Of a stretch of 64,000 nucleotides of DNA, positions 1 through 9,179 are shown in pieces. The stretch covers positions 3,136,001 to 3,200,000 of the forward strand of contig CAXXTU010000002.1 of NCBI GenBank assembly GCA_963662655.2, written 5' to 3'. The stretch comes from Candidatus Cloacimonadales bacterium (GTDB lineage: Bacteria > Cloacimonadota > Cloacimonadia > Cloacimonadales > JAIOQZ01). The stretch's first letter is position 1, and each line of letters begins with the position of its first letter. Made by a program: the position numbers and the translations under genes. The notes beneath the pieces were generated by a model, which saw only the letters and a list, made by a program, of their open reading frames with translations, did not search any database and was not told where the DNA came from.

Positions 1-376
1 GGAACACGGACGCGATGTCCTTGAAGCCTTCTTCATCCGCGATCTTGGCAAATGTGGGATAAAGGTCGGTCCACTCTTCGTTCTCGCCATTGGCTGCCCA
101 TTCCAGATTTTTCATCGTGTCGTCGAGAGCGACGGGATATCCCGCGTCGTTGATCACGACCATTTCACCGTTCAAGCCGTGCTCGATCAGCTTTTTGTAG
201 AAGAGCTTCGCGTGCTCTTTCTCGTTCTCGGCTGTTTCGAGGAAGATGTTCGCGATTTGAAGGTATCCTTCCTTCTGTGCCGCTTTCGCGTAATAGGTGT
301 AGCGCATACGGGCTTGTGATTCGCCGGCGAAAGCCTTCATTAAATTTTCAGCAGTTTTTGAATTCTTGAATTCCAT
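1..376 (-). CDS. rbr: Rubrerythrin (3' end runs off the window)
   Basis: Not in the ORF track. Manual translation from ATG at 376 gives MEFKNSKTAENLMKAFAGESQARMRY...ETAENEKEHAK...GENEEWTDLYP, the rubrerythrin diiron motifs. AGGAGG RBS upstream. Confidence 0.95.
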   Translation of the reverse strand, partial: MEFKNSKTAENLMKAFAGESQARMRYTYYAKAAQKEGYLQIANIFLETAENEKEHAKLFYKKLIEHGLNGEMVVINDAGYPVALDDTMKNLEWAANGENEEWTDLYPTFAKIADEEGFKDIASVF

Positions 377-403
377 CCAGTATCCTCCTGTATTTCTCTT
401 GAG

Positions 404-787
404 TTATTCGCTTTTCCACAGGCCGTGGACGTTGCACCATTCACGGGCTTTCACGATGTTTTCTTTCTGAACCGGGAAGAATGCTTCCGGTGCGTCGCCG
501 GGATTCAACTCGGCGATACAAACGCGATCCTTCGTCTGGATCTCGATGAACTTGATGTAGTGTTTCTCCAGCATCGGATGCGCGGTTTCCTTGCCGACTT
601 TTACCAGAACGCCGCCTTCGACTTCTTCGATGTAAGGGACGTGCTTTTCCGTACTGGCGTCTTTGCTTTGCTCTTCCAGTTTTGTCATGGGCTGTCCGCA
701 GCATACGAGCGCTTCCGCGCCTTCGTTGCGAATACCGACTACGTTACCGCATATTTCGCAGTAGTAAATATCTCTGAGTTTTGTCAT
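404..787 (-). CDS. dfx: Desulfoferrodoxin (superoxide reductase)
   Basis: N-terminal CEICGN...CCG desulforedoxin site; SOR ligands EKHVP, HPM, HYI, CNVHG. Confidence 0.95.
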   Translation of the reverse strand: MTKLRDIYYCEICGNVVGIRNEGAEALVCCGQPMTKLEEQSKDASTEKHVPYIEEVEGGVLVKVGKETAHPMLEKHYIKFIEIQTKDRVCIAELNPGDAPEAFFPVQKENIVKAREWCNVHGLWKSE

Positions 788-823
788 TGCTAACTCCTTT
801 GCTTGTATTGAATGACGATTGGG

Positions 824-1333
824 TTATGCCGTTGTCGGCGGCGTATAGACGCGGGATGCCAGCTCACGATCCAGCATGAGCATTCCGTGGCCCTTGCCTC
901 CGATTATCTGTAACTGGCTGAGAATCGATTCCATCGAATTCTCTTCTTCTACTTGCTCGTCGACATACCAGTTCAGGAAACTTCTGGTTGCGTGGTCGTT
1001 CACTTCGATCGCCACGTCCATCAGTTCGTTGATTGATTTGGTTACGAATTGCTCGTGCTTGAGAGCGATCTCGAAGATTTCCTCCGCCGACTCGAAATCA
1101 ACGGTCGGTTTTTCTATCTTGTCGAGGATTACGCGTCCACCACGTTCATTGAGGTAGTTGTAGAATTTCATGGTATGGAAGTGTTCTTCCTGCGCCTGTA
1201 CGATAAAGAAGTTTTCGAAGCCCGAAAGGTTCATGGATGCGAACCAGGCAGCCATGGAGAAGTATAAGTATTCAGAGTACAGCTCCTTGTTGATCTGTAC
1301 ATTGATTGCGTCTTGCAGTTTTTCGGAAATCAT
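824..1333 (-). CDS. ftnA: Non-heme ferritin
   Basis: QINKELYSEYLY, EEHFH and WYVDEQVEEE ferroxidase motifs; 169 aa. Confidence 0.95.
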   Translation of the reverse strand: MISEKLQDAINVQINKELYSEYLYFSMAAWFASMNLSGFENFFIVQAQEEHFHTMKFYNYLNERGGRVILDKIEKPTVDFESAEEIFEIALKHEQFVTKSINELMDVAIEVNDHATRSFLNWYVDEQVEEENSMESILSQLQIIGGKGHGMLMLDRELASRVYTPPTTA

Positions 1334-1385
1334 GGTTCCTCCTTGTGTTTCCTTCTATTGTCTTTAACACATTTCTTTGAACATG

Positions 1386-2561
1386 TTACGATCTGATTTC
1401 ATTTATTTGCTTACGGATTATTTCTTTCATCGCATCCAGGTCTTCCTGGTCGGGAATGTATTGAAGACGGTGCATGTCCATCATGTTGAATCCGCACGAT
1501 TCCAGGACGTCGTGCACCAGTCCGATGCTCTGCCCGCCCCAGCCGTAGGAGCCGAAGGCAAGTCCGTAACGGTCCTTCGGTGCGAGTCCCTTCATGTAGG
1601 TGAGGAACGCGGCGACCGTGGGCAGCATGTTGTTGTTGAGCGTGGGTGATCCGACGCAGATGTATTTCGCGGTTGTCAGGTGCGTCATGATGTCGGAGAT
1701 ATGGTTGTGCTGAAGGTTACACATGCAGATATGGATACCCATATCTGCGAACACTGCCTGAATGGCCTTCGCCATCATTTCGGTAGATTTCCACATCGTA
1801 TCGTAGATAATCAAAGCTTTTTCTTCCGTCTCGTTCGCCGACCATTTTTTGTATTTCTCGATAATCTCCGGTATGTATTTCCGCCAGATGATTCCGTGGC
1901 TTGGGCATACCGTGTCGATATCCAGGGTTCCAACCACTTCGAGCGCTTTCTGCACCTGCTTGCCGTAGGGCAGCACGATGTTAGCGTAGTACTTCATGGC
2001 TTCTTCCATGATGATGTTGAACGGGTATTCGTCGTCGAATCGTTCGGAGGACGCGATGTGCTGACCGAAAGCGTCATTAGAGAAGATGATTTTCTCCTCG
2101 GGGCAGTAGGATACCATGTTATCCGGCCAGTGTACCATCGGAGTCTGTACGAAGTTGAGGGTGCGTTTGCCGAGGTTGAGCGTGTCTCCGGTTTTAACGG
2201 TGACGAAATCCCAGTCCTGCTTGAAATGCTTCGGAATGCCTTCAACGCCCTTGGGCGATGCGTATATCTTTGCGTTGGGAGCTTTTTTCATGATCATGGG
2301 AAGGGAGCTGGAGTGATCCATCTCGATGTGGTTCTGGACGATGATATCGATCTTGGATGGGTCGATGATGCTACTGATGCGAGCAATGAGCTCGTCCGCG
2401 AGATAGTATTTCACATTGTCGATCAGGGTAATCTTTTCATCGATAATCAGATACGCGTTGTATGTGGAGCCTCGTTGCGTCAGGTAGCCGTGGAAGTTCC
2501 GCAGGTCCCAATCGACAACGCCAACCCAGTATACGCCTTCTTTAATCTGTATAGCCTTCAT
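1386..2561 (-). CDS. fprA: Flavodiiron protein, FprA family (O2/NO reductase)
   Basis: GSTYNAYLI, HIEMDHS, HWPD and DAFGQH in the metallo-beta-lactamase domain, plus a flavodoxin domain (GSPT, FGSYGW). Confidence 0.95.
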   Translation of the reverse strand: MKAIQIKEGVYWVGVVDWDLRNFHGYLTQRGSTYNAYLIIDEKITLIDNVKYYLADELIARISSIIDPSKIDIIVQNHIEMDHSSSLPMIMKKAPNAKIYASPKGVEGIPKHFKQDWDFVTVKTGDTLNLGKRTLNFVQTPMVHWPDNMVSYCPEEKIIFSNDAFGQHIASSERFDDEYPFNIIMEEAMKYYANIVLPYGKQVQKALEVVGTLDIDTVCPSHGIIWRKYIPEIIEKYKKWSANETEEKALIIYDTMWKSTEMMAKAIQAVFADMGIHICMCNLQHNHISDIMTHLTTAKYICVGSPTLNNNMLPTVAAFLTYMKGLAPKDRYGLAFGSYGWGGQSIGLVHDVLESCGFNMMDMHRLQYIPDQEDLDAMKEIIRKQINEIRS

Positions 2562-2577
2562 TCAATTATCTCCTTTA

Positions 2578-3372
2578 TCACTTTTGACAATTCGGGCAGA
2601 AATATGATGAGCGTCCCGCTTGTTTGATGCGCTCAATCGGTGTACCGCAGTGGCATTTCTTTTTCATATAAACTCGTAGAAAATCCTGGAACTCGCCTGT
2701 CTTGTCCTCTACACTTCGAAAATCCGATATGCTGGTTCCATTTTTCTCAATTGCTTCTTCAAGTATCGTACGGATCGAATCTGTCAAGTGTTCAATTTCC
2801 CTTTCGCTCAGGCTGTTTCCTGGGCGAGCAGGGTGAATCCCGCTTCGGTGAAGCGCTTCACAAGCATAGATATTACCGATTCCAGCAATGAATTTCTGGT
2901 TCATCAGCAGGTTTTTCACCGGAGCTTTCCTTGACGAAAGTACGCCATGCAAGTATATCTTGTCAAACGATTTGCTGAGAGGCTCCACGCCAAGATCGCT
3001 GATTCGGCCTATGGTGTCGCGTTTTCCATGAATCGAGACAAAGCCGAATGTCCGCGGATCGATGAAGAGCAGAAGTTTACCGCTCCCGAGATGAAAGGCT
3101 GCGCGAACATGGGTCGCGTCGGCAGGGAACTCTCCTGCGAAAACAAGCTTTCCTGTCATGCCGAGGTGAACCACGATCACCGCTCCCGTCGAGATGTGCA
3201 TCAGGATGTATTTCCCGCGACGTTCGACGGATTCAATCTTGCCCATCACCGATTCGGAAGTGAACTCCCGAACCGTTCCCGGGCGGAACTCGTCCAGCTT
3301 CACAACGTTGGATTCGACAACCGTATTGCGCAATCCACGCACGATCGTTTCGACTTCCGGCAATTCTGGCAT
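2578..3372 (-). CDS. mutM: Formamidopyrimidine-DNA glycosylase
   Basis: MPELPEVET start, RRGKY, HLGMTG, GIGNIY and a C-terminal zinc finger. Confidence 0.95.
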   Translation of the reverse strand: MPELPEVETIVRGLRNTVVESNVVKLDEFRPGTVREFTSESVMGKIESVERRGKYILMHISTGAVIVVHLGMTGKLVFAGEFPADATHVRAAFHLGSGKLLLFIDPRTFGFVSIHGKRDTIGRISDLGVEPLSKSFDKIYLHGVLSSRKAPVKNLLMNQKFIAGIGNIYACEALHRSGIHPARPGNSLSEREIEHLTDSIRTILEEAIEKNGTSISDFRSVEDKTGEFQDFLRVYMKKKCHCGTPIERIKQAGRSSYFCPNCQK

Positions 3373-3658
3373 CTATCTTAATCCCTTATCTAGCAGTATT
3401 ATTCATCTATTTTGTCTCGGAGAAATCACCGAGTCTCAATACAATATATCGAGATGAATCATTTATAACAAGTAAAATATTTCACGGTGTGAAATTATTT
3501 ATTGAATATTGTTCAAGATAAAGAATTCGTCTGTTCTATCTGGCTGATATAATACAATTTCCGCGTTGAAAAATCCTGAGTCGGGAAGATAGATTAGGCG
3601 GAAATTGTTTTAGGATGGATTTCCCGATTGGAGGAATCCGGGTTTTCCAGCCATCCAC

Positions 3659-3806
3659 GCGGCGGGGCGGCGTGTGCGCTTCGCGCACGATCGATGTACA
3701 TCGATCAGGAAGCCGGTCGGCCAGCAGGCTCAGGACTACAATCAGCGCGAAGTTATCGAGCAATATTCAGACAAGCACATGCAGGCTTCCTACGCCGCCC
3801 CGCCGC
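3659..3806. repeat. Structured intergenic element, family A (four-way junction), copy 1
   Basis: A 15-bp perfect outer stem (3659-3673/3792-3806) encloses three contiguous helices. Homologous to 26104-26226 in inverted orientation. Confidence 0.75.
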
Positions 3807-3886
3807 TGGGTGGGCAGAAAACTTCGAGATAGCTGCTCGCGAATATAGCAAGAGAGGGGAAATGTAAAGCTGCAAATTCAGGGGCG

Positions 3887-5521
3887 TTACTCCGATGCGG
3901 AAAGAGCAATAATGCGATAGAAGATTCGATCATTGGTCGTCTGCATATGATAAGATGTATCCGTCGTTTCGACAAGATCGAACCATAGAGTGTTATCCAG
4001 ACTGAACTGAAGGAGATACCTTTCCGCTCCGCTAACCTGCTCCCAATGGATATATGCGGTATTTTCAGACACTTCAACGGTGGGATGCTGTGGCGCTTGC
4101 AGATGGATGAGGAAAGATGAATACGTGAAAGGATCGTCATCTCCAGCAGTGGGAATCGTTCTTCGCTTACCAGCTTCATCAACTGCGTACAGGTAATAGG
4201 AGACCTGACCTTCGTTCTCCGTTGCTGGGATAATAGCTCGGTAATTGCGACCAGAAACATGCTCGAAAATGGATGAGACGTACGGATATTCTTCGCTAAC
4301 GCGATAGAAGACGAGGAGTGAATCCGCAATCAATCCTGCCCGACTGTTAGAAAAAATTTCCGCATGGATCACGACATCCGAAAACATGTCCTGCTGCGAA
4401 CTCACGGGATTGTGCCGGATATGAAGCATTCGTTTGTCCGGGATCTCGTGCACGCGACAGTGAAGCGCATCCGTGTTGTACCAACCCGAGTAGGGTATTC
4501 CGATGATTTCATATCCCGGCATCGCGCTCTGATAGGATGAAATCGCCTCATCGTCCCAGGGATTACCCGTTTGAGGAACAAACACCTTTTTATTCAGAAT
4601 CAAAGAATTGGTATAGGGTGTGTACGGTGTAACGGTTGCGGGAGTATGCACTCTGAAAACCTCGTAAGGCGTACCATACGGAGATACCTGTTGCCCGAAG
4701 AATGAGGCGACATCCTCGAAGTTCTGGTAACGCGGATCGGAAATCGCAACCTGCCCAATCAGTATCTTATCGACATCCAGGAATTTACCCCAGCAATCGA
4801 CGTGCTTGATGTATTCTCCGAGCGGATCCTGCATGATGTGGTAGGTCTCGATGCCGAGATAATTACAGTGATATTCCTCGATCTGGCTCCGCGTGAGTTC
4901 TTCGTTTTCCTCGAGAACCAAGTCCGTTGATACCGCGGTTCCCATCCCGTCGCACATGTAGTTTCCGCCTGTGTGAATCACATCCATTCCAAAAAGGCCC
5001 AATGTGTCGAATGCGGCGTAAGCGATAGGGATTTCGTTGTCGTACGGCCGATTGCGGTTATAGCGAAAATTGACCACTCGCATGGAATCGCTTTGGTCAA
5101 ACACGAACATAGGCCCGAAGTCCCTTGTCCAGAATGAGTTTGATGGAGCGATAAGGAACCGGCAGTTTGCCATGTTGACCTCGTTGCTCTGGTAATTTCC
5201 GTAGGCTTCGGCGTAGTATGAGCTTGAAACGATCGTTACCAGAACGTCGTCTTCGGCAAGCTCGCGAACAAGGGAATAGGGAATACCAAGCGGGTAGCGT
5301 ATCAACGAACCATACATCGGCTCGAACTCCGCGACTTGTCGGATGGGTGGATTCGGGGGATCGGTTGGGGCAAATGTCCGCTGTTCTTGTCCGTCTTCTT
5401 CCCCCGAAATGGCGTGGGGAAGAGAGTTCGGATAGCGTTGATTCCAGTCCGGAGGTACGCCGCTTTCGGCGAAAGTGATTGCTGCCAACACAAGGAATAT
5501 GATGGACAGCAGTCGTTTCAT
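3887..5521 (-). CDS. Secreted agmatine/peptidylarginine deiminase-family protein with a short C-terminal FN3-like domain
   Basis: Signal peptide; AEFEP, WTRDFGP, TGGN, HVD and DALHC (catalytic Cys) motifs of the PAD_porph family. Confidence 0.88.
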   Translation of the reverse strand: MKRLLSIIFLVLAAITFAESGVPPDWNQRYPNSLPHAISGEEDGQEQRTFAPTDPPNPPIRQVAEFEPMYGSLIRYPLGIPYSLVRELAEDDVLVTIVSSSYYAEAYGNYQSNEVNMANCRFLIAPSNSFWTRDFGPMFVFDQSDSMRVVNFRYNRNRPYDNEIPIAYAAFDTLGLFGMDVIHTGGNYMCDGMGTAVSTDLVLEENEELTRSQIEEYHCNYLGIETYHIMQDPLGEYIKHVDCWGKFLDVDKILIGQVAISDPRYQNFEDVASFFGQQVSPYGTPYEVFRVHTPATVTPYTPYTNSLILNKKVFVPQTGNPWDDEAISSYQSAMPGYEIIGIPYSGWYNTDALHCRVHEIPDKRMLHIRHNPVSSQQDMFSDVVIHAEIFSNSRAGLIADSLLVFYRVSEEYPYVSSIFEHVSGRNYRAIIPATENEGQVSYYLYAVDEAGKRRTIPTAGDDDPFTYSSFLIHLQAPQHPTVEVSENTAYIHWEQVSGAERYLLQFSLDNTLWFDLVETTDTSYHMQTTNDRIFYRIIALSASE

Positions 5522-5553
5522 GTGCTCTCCTGAAGGAATGTTATGGGATAATA

Positions 5554-7701
5554 CTACTCGAACACCGCCGTTACATAGAAGAATCTTGCTTCGTACGTTC
5601 TCGATGAACTCCAGCTTGTTTCAGCCACGCGCGCTCTCAGAAAGAAGGTCCCGTTTGGAACGTTGATCGAGTAGACGTTGTATCCGCTTGCTCCCTCAAC
5701 AGGGTTCCAGGTCAGGGCTACGCCTCCTTCACTGGCCACATCGATGCTCAGTCCGGTGACCGCCTGAACTTCGCCCACCGATATCGTCTCCTGATATGCG
5801 ATGCGATCCGGAGCGGTGACGGTCAGAAGCAGTTCTGCTGGTTGTGTCAAAGGCTCGAATGAAAGCGTGGCGCTCCCGGTTGCCCCGGCCGCGGCAGCAT
5901 CGACGATCGTTTGACCAGCCGTAAGGCATACCGTTGCCCCGGGAGTATCCGTGTTGATCGTCAAAGAGCTTGATCCCAATGGCAAAAAGGTGCTATGACT
6001 GATATTCATCGCCTGGGGCGTCATGGTGCGAATCACAAGCGACGGATCACCGAAAATATGCCATGTGTTGTACATGCGCGGACCCCAATAGGAGTATTCG
6101 TCGATCATCAGGCACGAGCCGTTGTAGCAAAGCCCGCCGACGGTGTAATTGCTCTCGCTCACAAGCAGGTCGATGATCTCGTCCTGCGCGGACATCGGGG
6201 GCGCCCACTCCTGATTGATGGAAGATGCGTATATGCCGATCGCGCCGGTAGGATTGCCGTTGGAATTGTTGGTGGCTCTCATCCAGTACTCGGCGAAACA
6301 TGTATAGCTGGTGAAATTCCCGTTCTTGCAGGCAACGGAGATAATGAAAGGCAGTTTGTTGTCGTTGGTCAGGTTATTGACATTGGAGTAACTGAAGCCA
6401 GTCGTTCCCCATGCGGTTGTGCTGCCGTGACCACAGTAATTCACGACGGTTCGTCCTTCGTTCAGGGCGTTGGAAACCATCGTGCTGGTTGCCCCCAAGG
6501 TGGCGTAAAGCTCGTCAACCTGCGTGTAATTGTAGCTCAGAAGGTCGTCGCGGATATATCCCATGTGGACGTAATCCGATTCGCCGTCGTCTCCTTGACC
6601 ATTCCCCAATTGAGAGGCAATGCCGGTACCTTTCGAAAGCCAGTCGCCGGATGTGATGTCACGTTCATAATGTATGAGGCGGTCAACTTGTGTTATAACC
6701 TGCGATTCCGATTGCGCGGAAAGGCGCCCGATGAAAAGGTCGGGGTAGCTGTCGTTTCCGTCAACCAGCGCATACATCGGATCCGCTCCACCGCCCGAGA
6801 AAATGGGCGAATCGACTTGCAGGAAATCTCCCACGAGAAGTACCCACGTCAGGTTGTCGTTCTGGTCGTACTGCTGCTGGATGAAATCCATGATTTGCGT
6901 ATACGTGTTACCGATATCCGAAACATTGTAGAGGTCGGTTTGGATACCCTTCTGGATTTTCCAGTTCACGAACGGCTCCATTTCCTCCATGAAGTAGTTA
7001 TAGGAAATGATGATCATGCGACCCTGATCTTCAAGGGGAATGTAGCGATCCGTGGGAAGATTGATGAAGTGATTGCGGTATATCTCGTCGAACTCTCGAC
7101 TGATTCCGGAACGGGTTGTTGTTTGCGGGTTGATCGTCGCCGGTCCGTTGAACTGAATCTCGATATCTATAGAAGTTTTGATGTAAAGTCGTTCTTCCAG
7201 CGGATTGTAGTAAAACGGCTGAAAAGAGACCGCTACGCCTCGGTAGTCCCTGAGAATGTAGGGATCGGAAAGCGTTGCGATTTCCTGCGGTGTGGGATTC
7301 CGGTAGAAATCGTCAAAAACGTACGGGACGGTACTCGGATCGATGTTCCTGGAAAAATGTCCCTTGGATGGCGCGACGCGAAGATCGACAAAGGTCTCCT
7401 CGCTTCCGGTAACAACGATATCCGGCCTGAGATTACCGGGAATGATGACGCTTCTCACGACTTTTGGAAGCTGGGGCATACCCTTGTCCATGATCAGGCC
7501 TTCTCCGTCGAGGTGGGGAAGCGCCCAAGTCTGGCCATCGATATCCACCTCATTGTATGAGAAGGAACCCAATTGCATGCGCAACGTGAGAGGGTTCGTA
7601 TTTAGAACCTGCACATCTAATTGATTATCATTGAGTTGCACATCAATTGCAGCAAGGCCGACAACGGCTAATAATAAGATTATTGTAAACCTTGTATACA
7701 T
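5554..7701 (-). CDS. C25 (gingipain-like) cysteine peptidase with propeptide
   Basis: Signal peptide, propeptide (APSKG, PYILRDYRG), VLLVGD, FIGRLSA, catalytic GHG and SVAC, HIFGDPS. Confidence 0.92.
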   Translation of the reverse strand: MYTRFTIILLLAVVGLAAIDVQLNDNQLDVQVLNTNPLTLRMQLGSFSYNEVDIDGQTWALPHLDGEGLIMDKGMPQLPKVVRSVIIPGNLRPDIVVTGSEETFVDLRVAPSKGHFSRNIDPSTVPYVFDDFYRNPTPQEIATLSDPYILRDYRGVAVSFQPFYYNPLEERLYIKTSIDIEIQFNGPATINPQTTTRSGISREFDEIYRNHFINLPTDRYIPLEDQGRMIIISYNYFMEEMEPFVNWKIQKGIQTDLYNVSDIGNTYTQIMDFIQQQYDQNDNLTWVLLVGDFLQVDSPIFSGGGADPMYALVDGNDSYPDLFIGRLSAQSESQVITQVDRLIHYERDITSGDWLSKGTGIASQLGNGQGDDGESDYVHMGYIRDDLLSYNYTQVDELYATLGATSTMVSNALNEGRTVVNYCGHGSTTAWGTTGFSYSNVNNLTNDNKLPFIISVACKNGNFTSYTCFAEYWMRATNNSNGNPTGAIGIYASSINQEWAPPMSAQDEIIDLLVSESNYTVGGLCYNGSCLMIDEYSYWGPRMYNTWHIFGDPSLVIRTMTPQAMNISHSTFLPLGSSSLTINTDTPGATVCLTAGQTIVDAAAAGATGSATLSFEPLTQPAELLLTVTAPDRIAYQETISVGEVQAVTGLSIDVASEGGVALTWNPVEGASGYNVYSINVPNGTFFLRARVAETSWSSSRTYEARFFYVTAVFE

Positions 7702-7812
7702 GGGAGGCTCCTTCTTTGCTATTTCATGAATTTTCCATGCAAACCGTAAACAGCATTGACAGAAACGTCAATATATTTCTGAAAAAATTTGAAAATGCAT
7801 AATTTTATGGTG

Positions 7813-9177
7813 CTATTTACCCACGCAGAAATCGCTGAAAATCCTGTTCAGAAGCTCTTCGGAGGTGATTTTCCCAATGATTTCTTCCAGAGCCAGGCTG
7901 GCCTCCTTGAGATCGAAGGCGACGAACTCCGCGCCCAATTGATCCTGCATGGCAATGTGAGCCTTCCCCAGGGAATCGAAAGCGCGAGATGCCGCGGCAA
8001 TCTGGCGTGCGTTGGTGAGAATACCGGAGTGGAGATCGTTCTGAGAGATGCGGATATCCTCAAGGAGCTTGTTTTTTAGCTCGTCGAGGCCATCCGGTTC
8101 GGTTGCTGAGCATACGACATAGCCCTTCTCGCGGAAGTTGGCAATCTGTGAATCGGTGAGGAGGTCGGCCTTGTTGATCACCTTGATGACATTGTTTTGC
8201 TGCGAAATTTCCTCGAGATGGTGCAATTCATCGGGGGAGATATCCGCTTCGGAAATGAGCAGAATGCGATCCGCCTGGCCGATCATCCGCTGGGAGCGAT
8301 CGATACCGATTTTCTCGATCTCGTCCGGCGTTTCCCGGATACCTGCGGTGTCGAACAATCTGAGGAGGTAGCCCTCGATCGCGACCGCTTCTTCGAGGTA
8401 GTCGCGGGTGGTTCCCGGGTGCGGTGTGACGATCGCGCGTTCGGTCTGCAGGAACGCGTTGAAAATGCTCGATTTTCCTACGTTTGGCGCGCCGACGAGC
8501 GCGATCTTGAGTCCTTCCCGGAGGATAACGCCTTCCTGCCCGGTGAGGATCAGCTCGTCGAGCGCTTGAAGAAGCGATTCGGTCTCATCTTTGACAACGC
8601 TCCAGTCCGTATCGGCGAGATCCTGATCGCTCAGATCGATTTCGATTTCCATTTGCATCCTGATTTGCGTGATACGATGTAGCAGTCCTTCAATGCGATG
8701 CTGCAAGCTGCCTTCCATCTGCTCCAGAGCGACGGCCTGCGATTGCCTGGTCTGCGCTTGAATGAGATCGTTGACGGCTTCCGCTCCGGTGAGATCGATC
8801 CGGCCGTTCAGGAAGGCGCGCTGGGTGAATTCACCCGCTTCCGCCTGCCGAGCGTGGCGCAGAACGATGGTCATGATCTGGGAAACGAGGAATGGATTGC
8901 CGTGACAGGATATCTCGGCGACATCCTCTCCCGTGTAGGTGTGCGGAGCCCTGAAGATCGTGACAAGCGCCTGATCGATCCGGCGTTCGTTATCGTAGAT
9001 GTCCCCCAGATGGGCGCTATGAGACGGGCAATCCTGAAGCTGCTTGCGTGTTTTAACGATGCGAGAGGCAATATCGATCGCTTCTGGTCCGCTGATACGT
9101 ATTACGGAAATACCGCCGCTACCCTTGGGGGTCGTTTCGGCAGCTATGGTATCGAATAGGTTCTGGTTATTGCTCAT
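7813..9177 (-). CDS. mnmE: tRNA modification GTPase MnmE
   Basis: TYTGED, GEFTQRAFLNG, GAPNVGKSS, GTTRD, DTAG and C-terminal FCVGK. Confidence 0.97.
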   Translation of the reverse strand: MSNNQNLFDTIAAETTPKGSGGISVIRISGPEAIDIASRIVKTRKQLQDCPSHSAHLGDIYDNERRIDQALVTIFRAPHTYTGEDVAEISCHGNPFLVSQIMTIVLRHARQAEAGEFTQRAFLNGRIDLTGAEAVNDLIQAQTRQSQAVALEQMEGSLQHRIEGLLHRITQIRMQMEIEIDLSDQDLADTDWSVVKDETESLLQALDELILTGQEGVILREGLKIALVGAPNVGKSSIFNAFLQTERAIVTPHPGTTRDYLEEAVAIEGYLLRLFDTAGIRETPDEIEKIGIDRSQRMIGQADRILLISEADISPDELHHLEEISQQNNVIKVINKADLLTDSQIANFREKGYVVCSATEPDGLDELKNKLLEDIRISQNDLHSGILTNARQIAAASRAFDSLGKAHIAMQDQLGAEFVAFDLKEASLALEEIIGKITSEELLNRIFSDFCVGK

Positions 9178-9179
9178 GG

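Noticed and set aside
5995..7560. Long antisense ORFs (also 1680-2627, 9753-10487, 19227-20591, 26604-27542)
   Set aside because: They fully overlap well-supported genes on the opposite strand.
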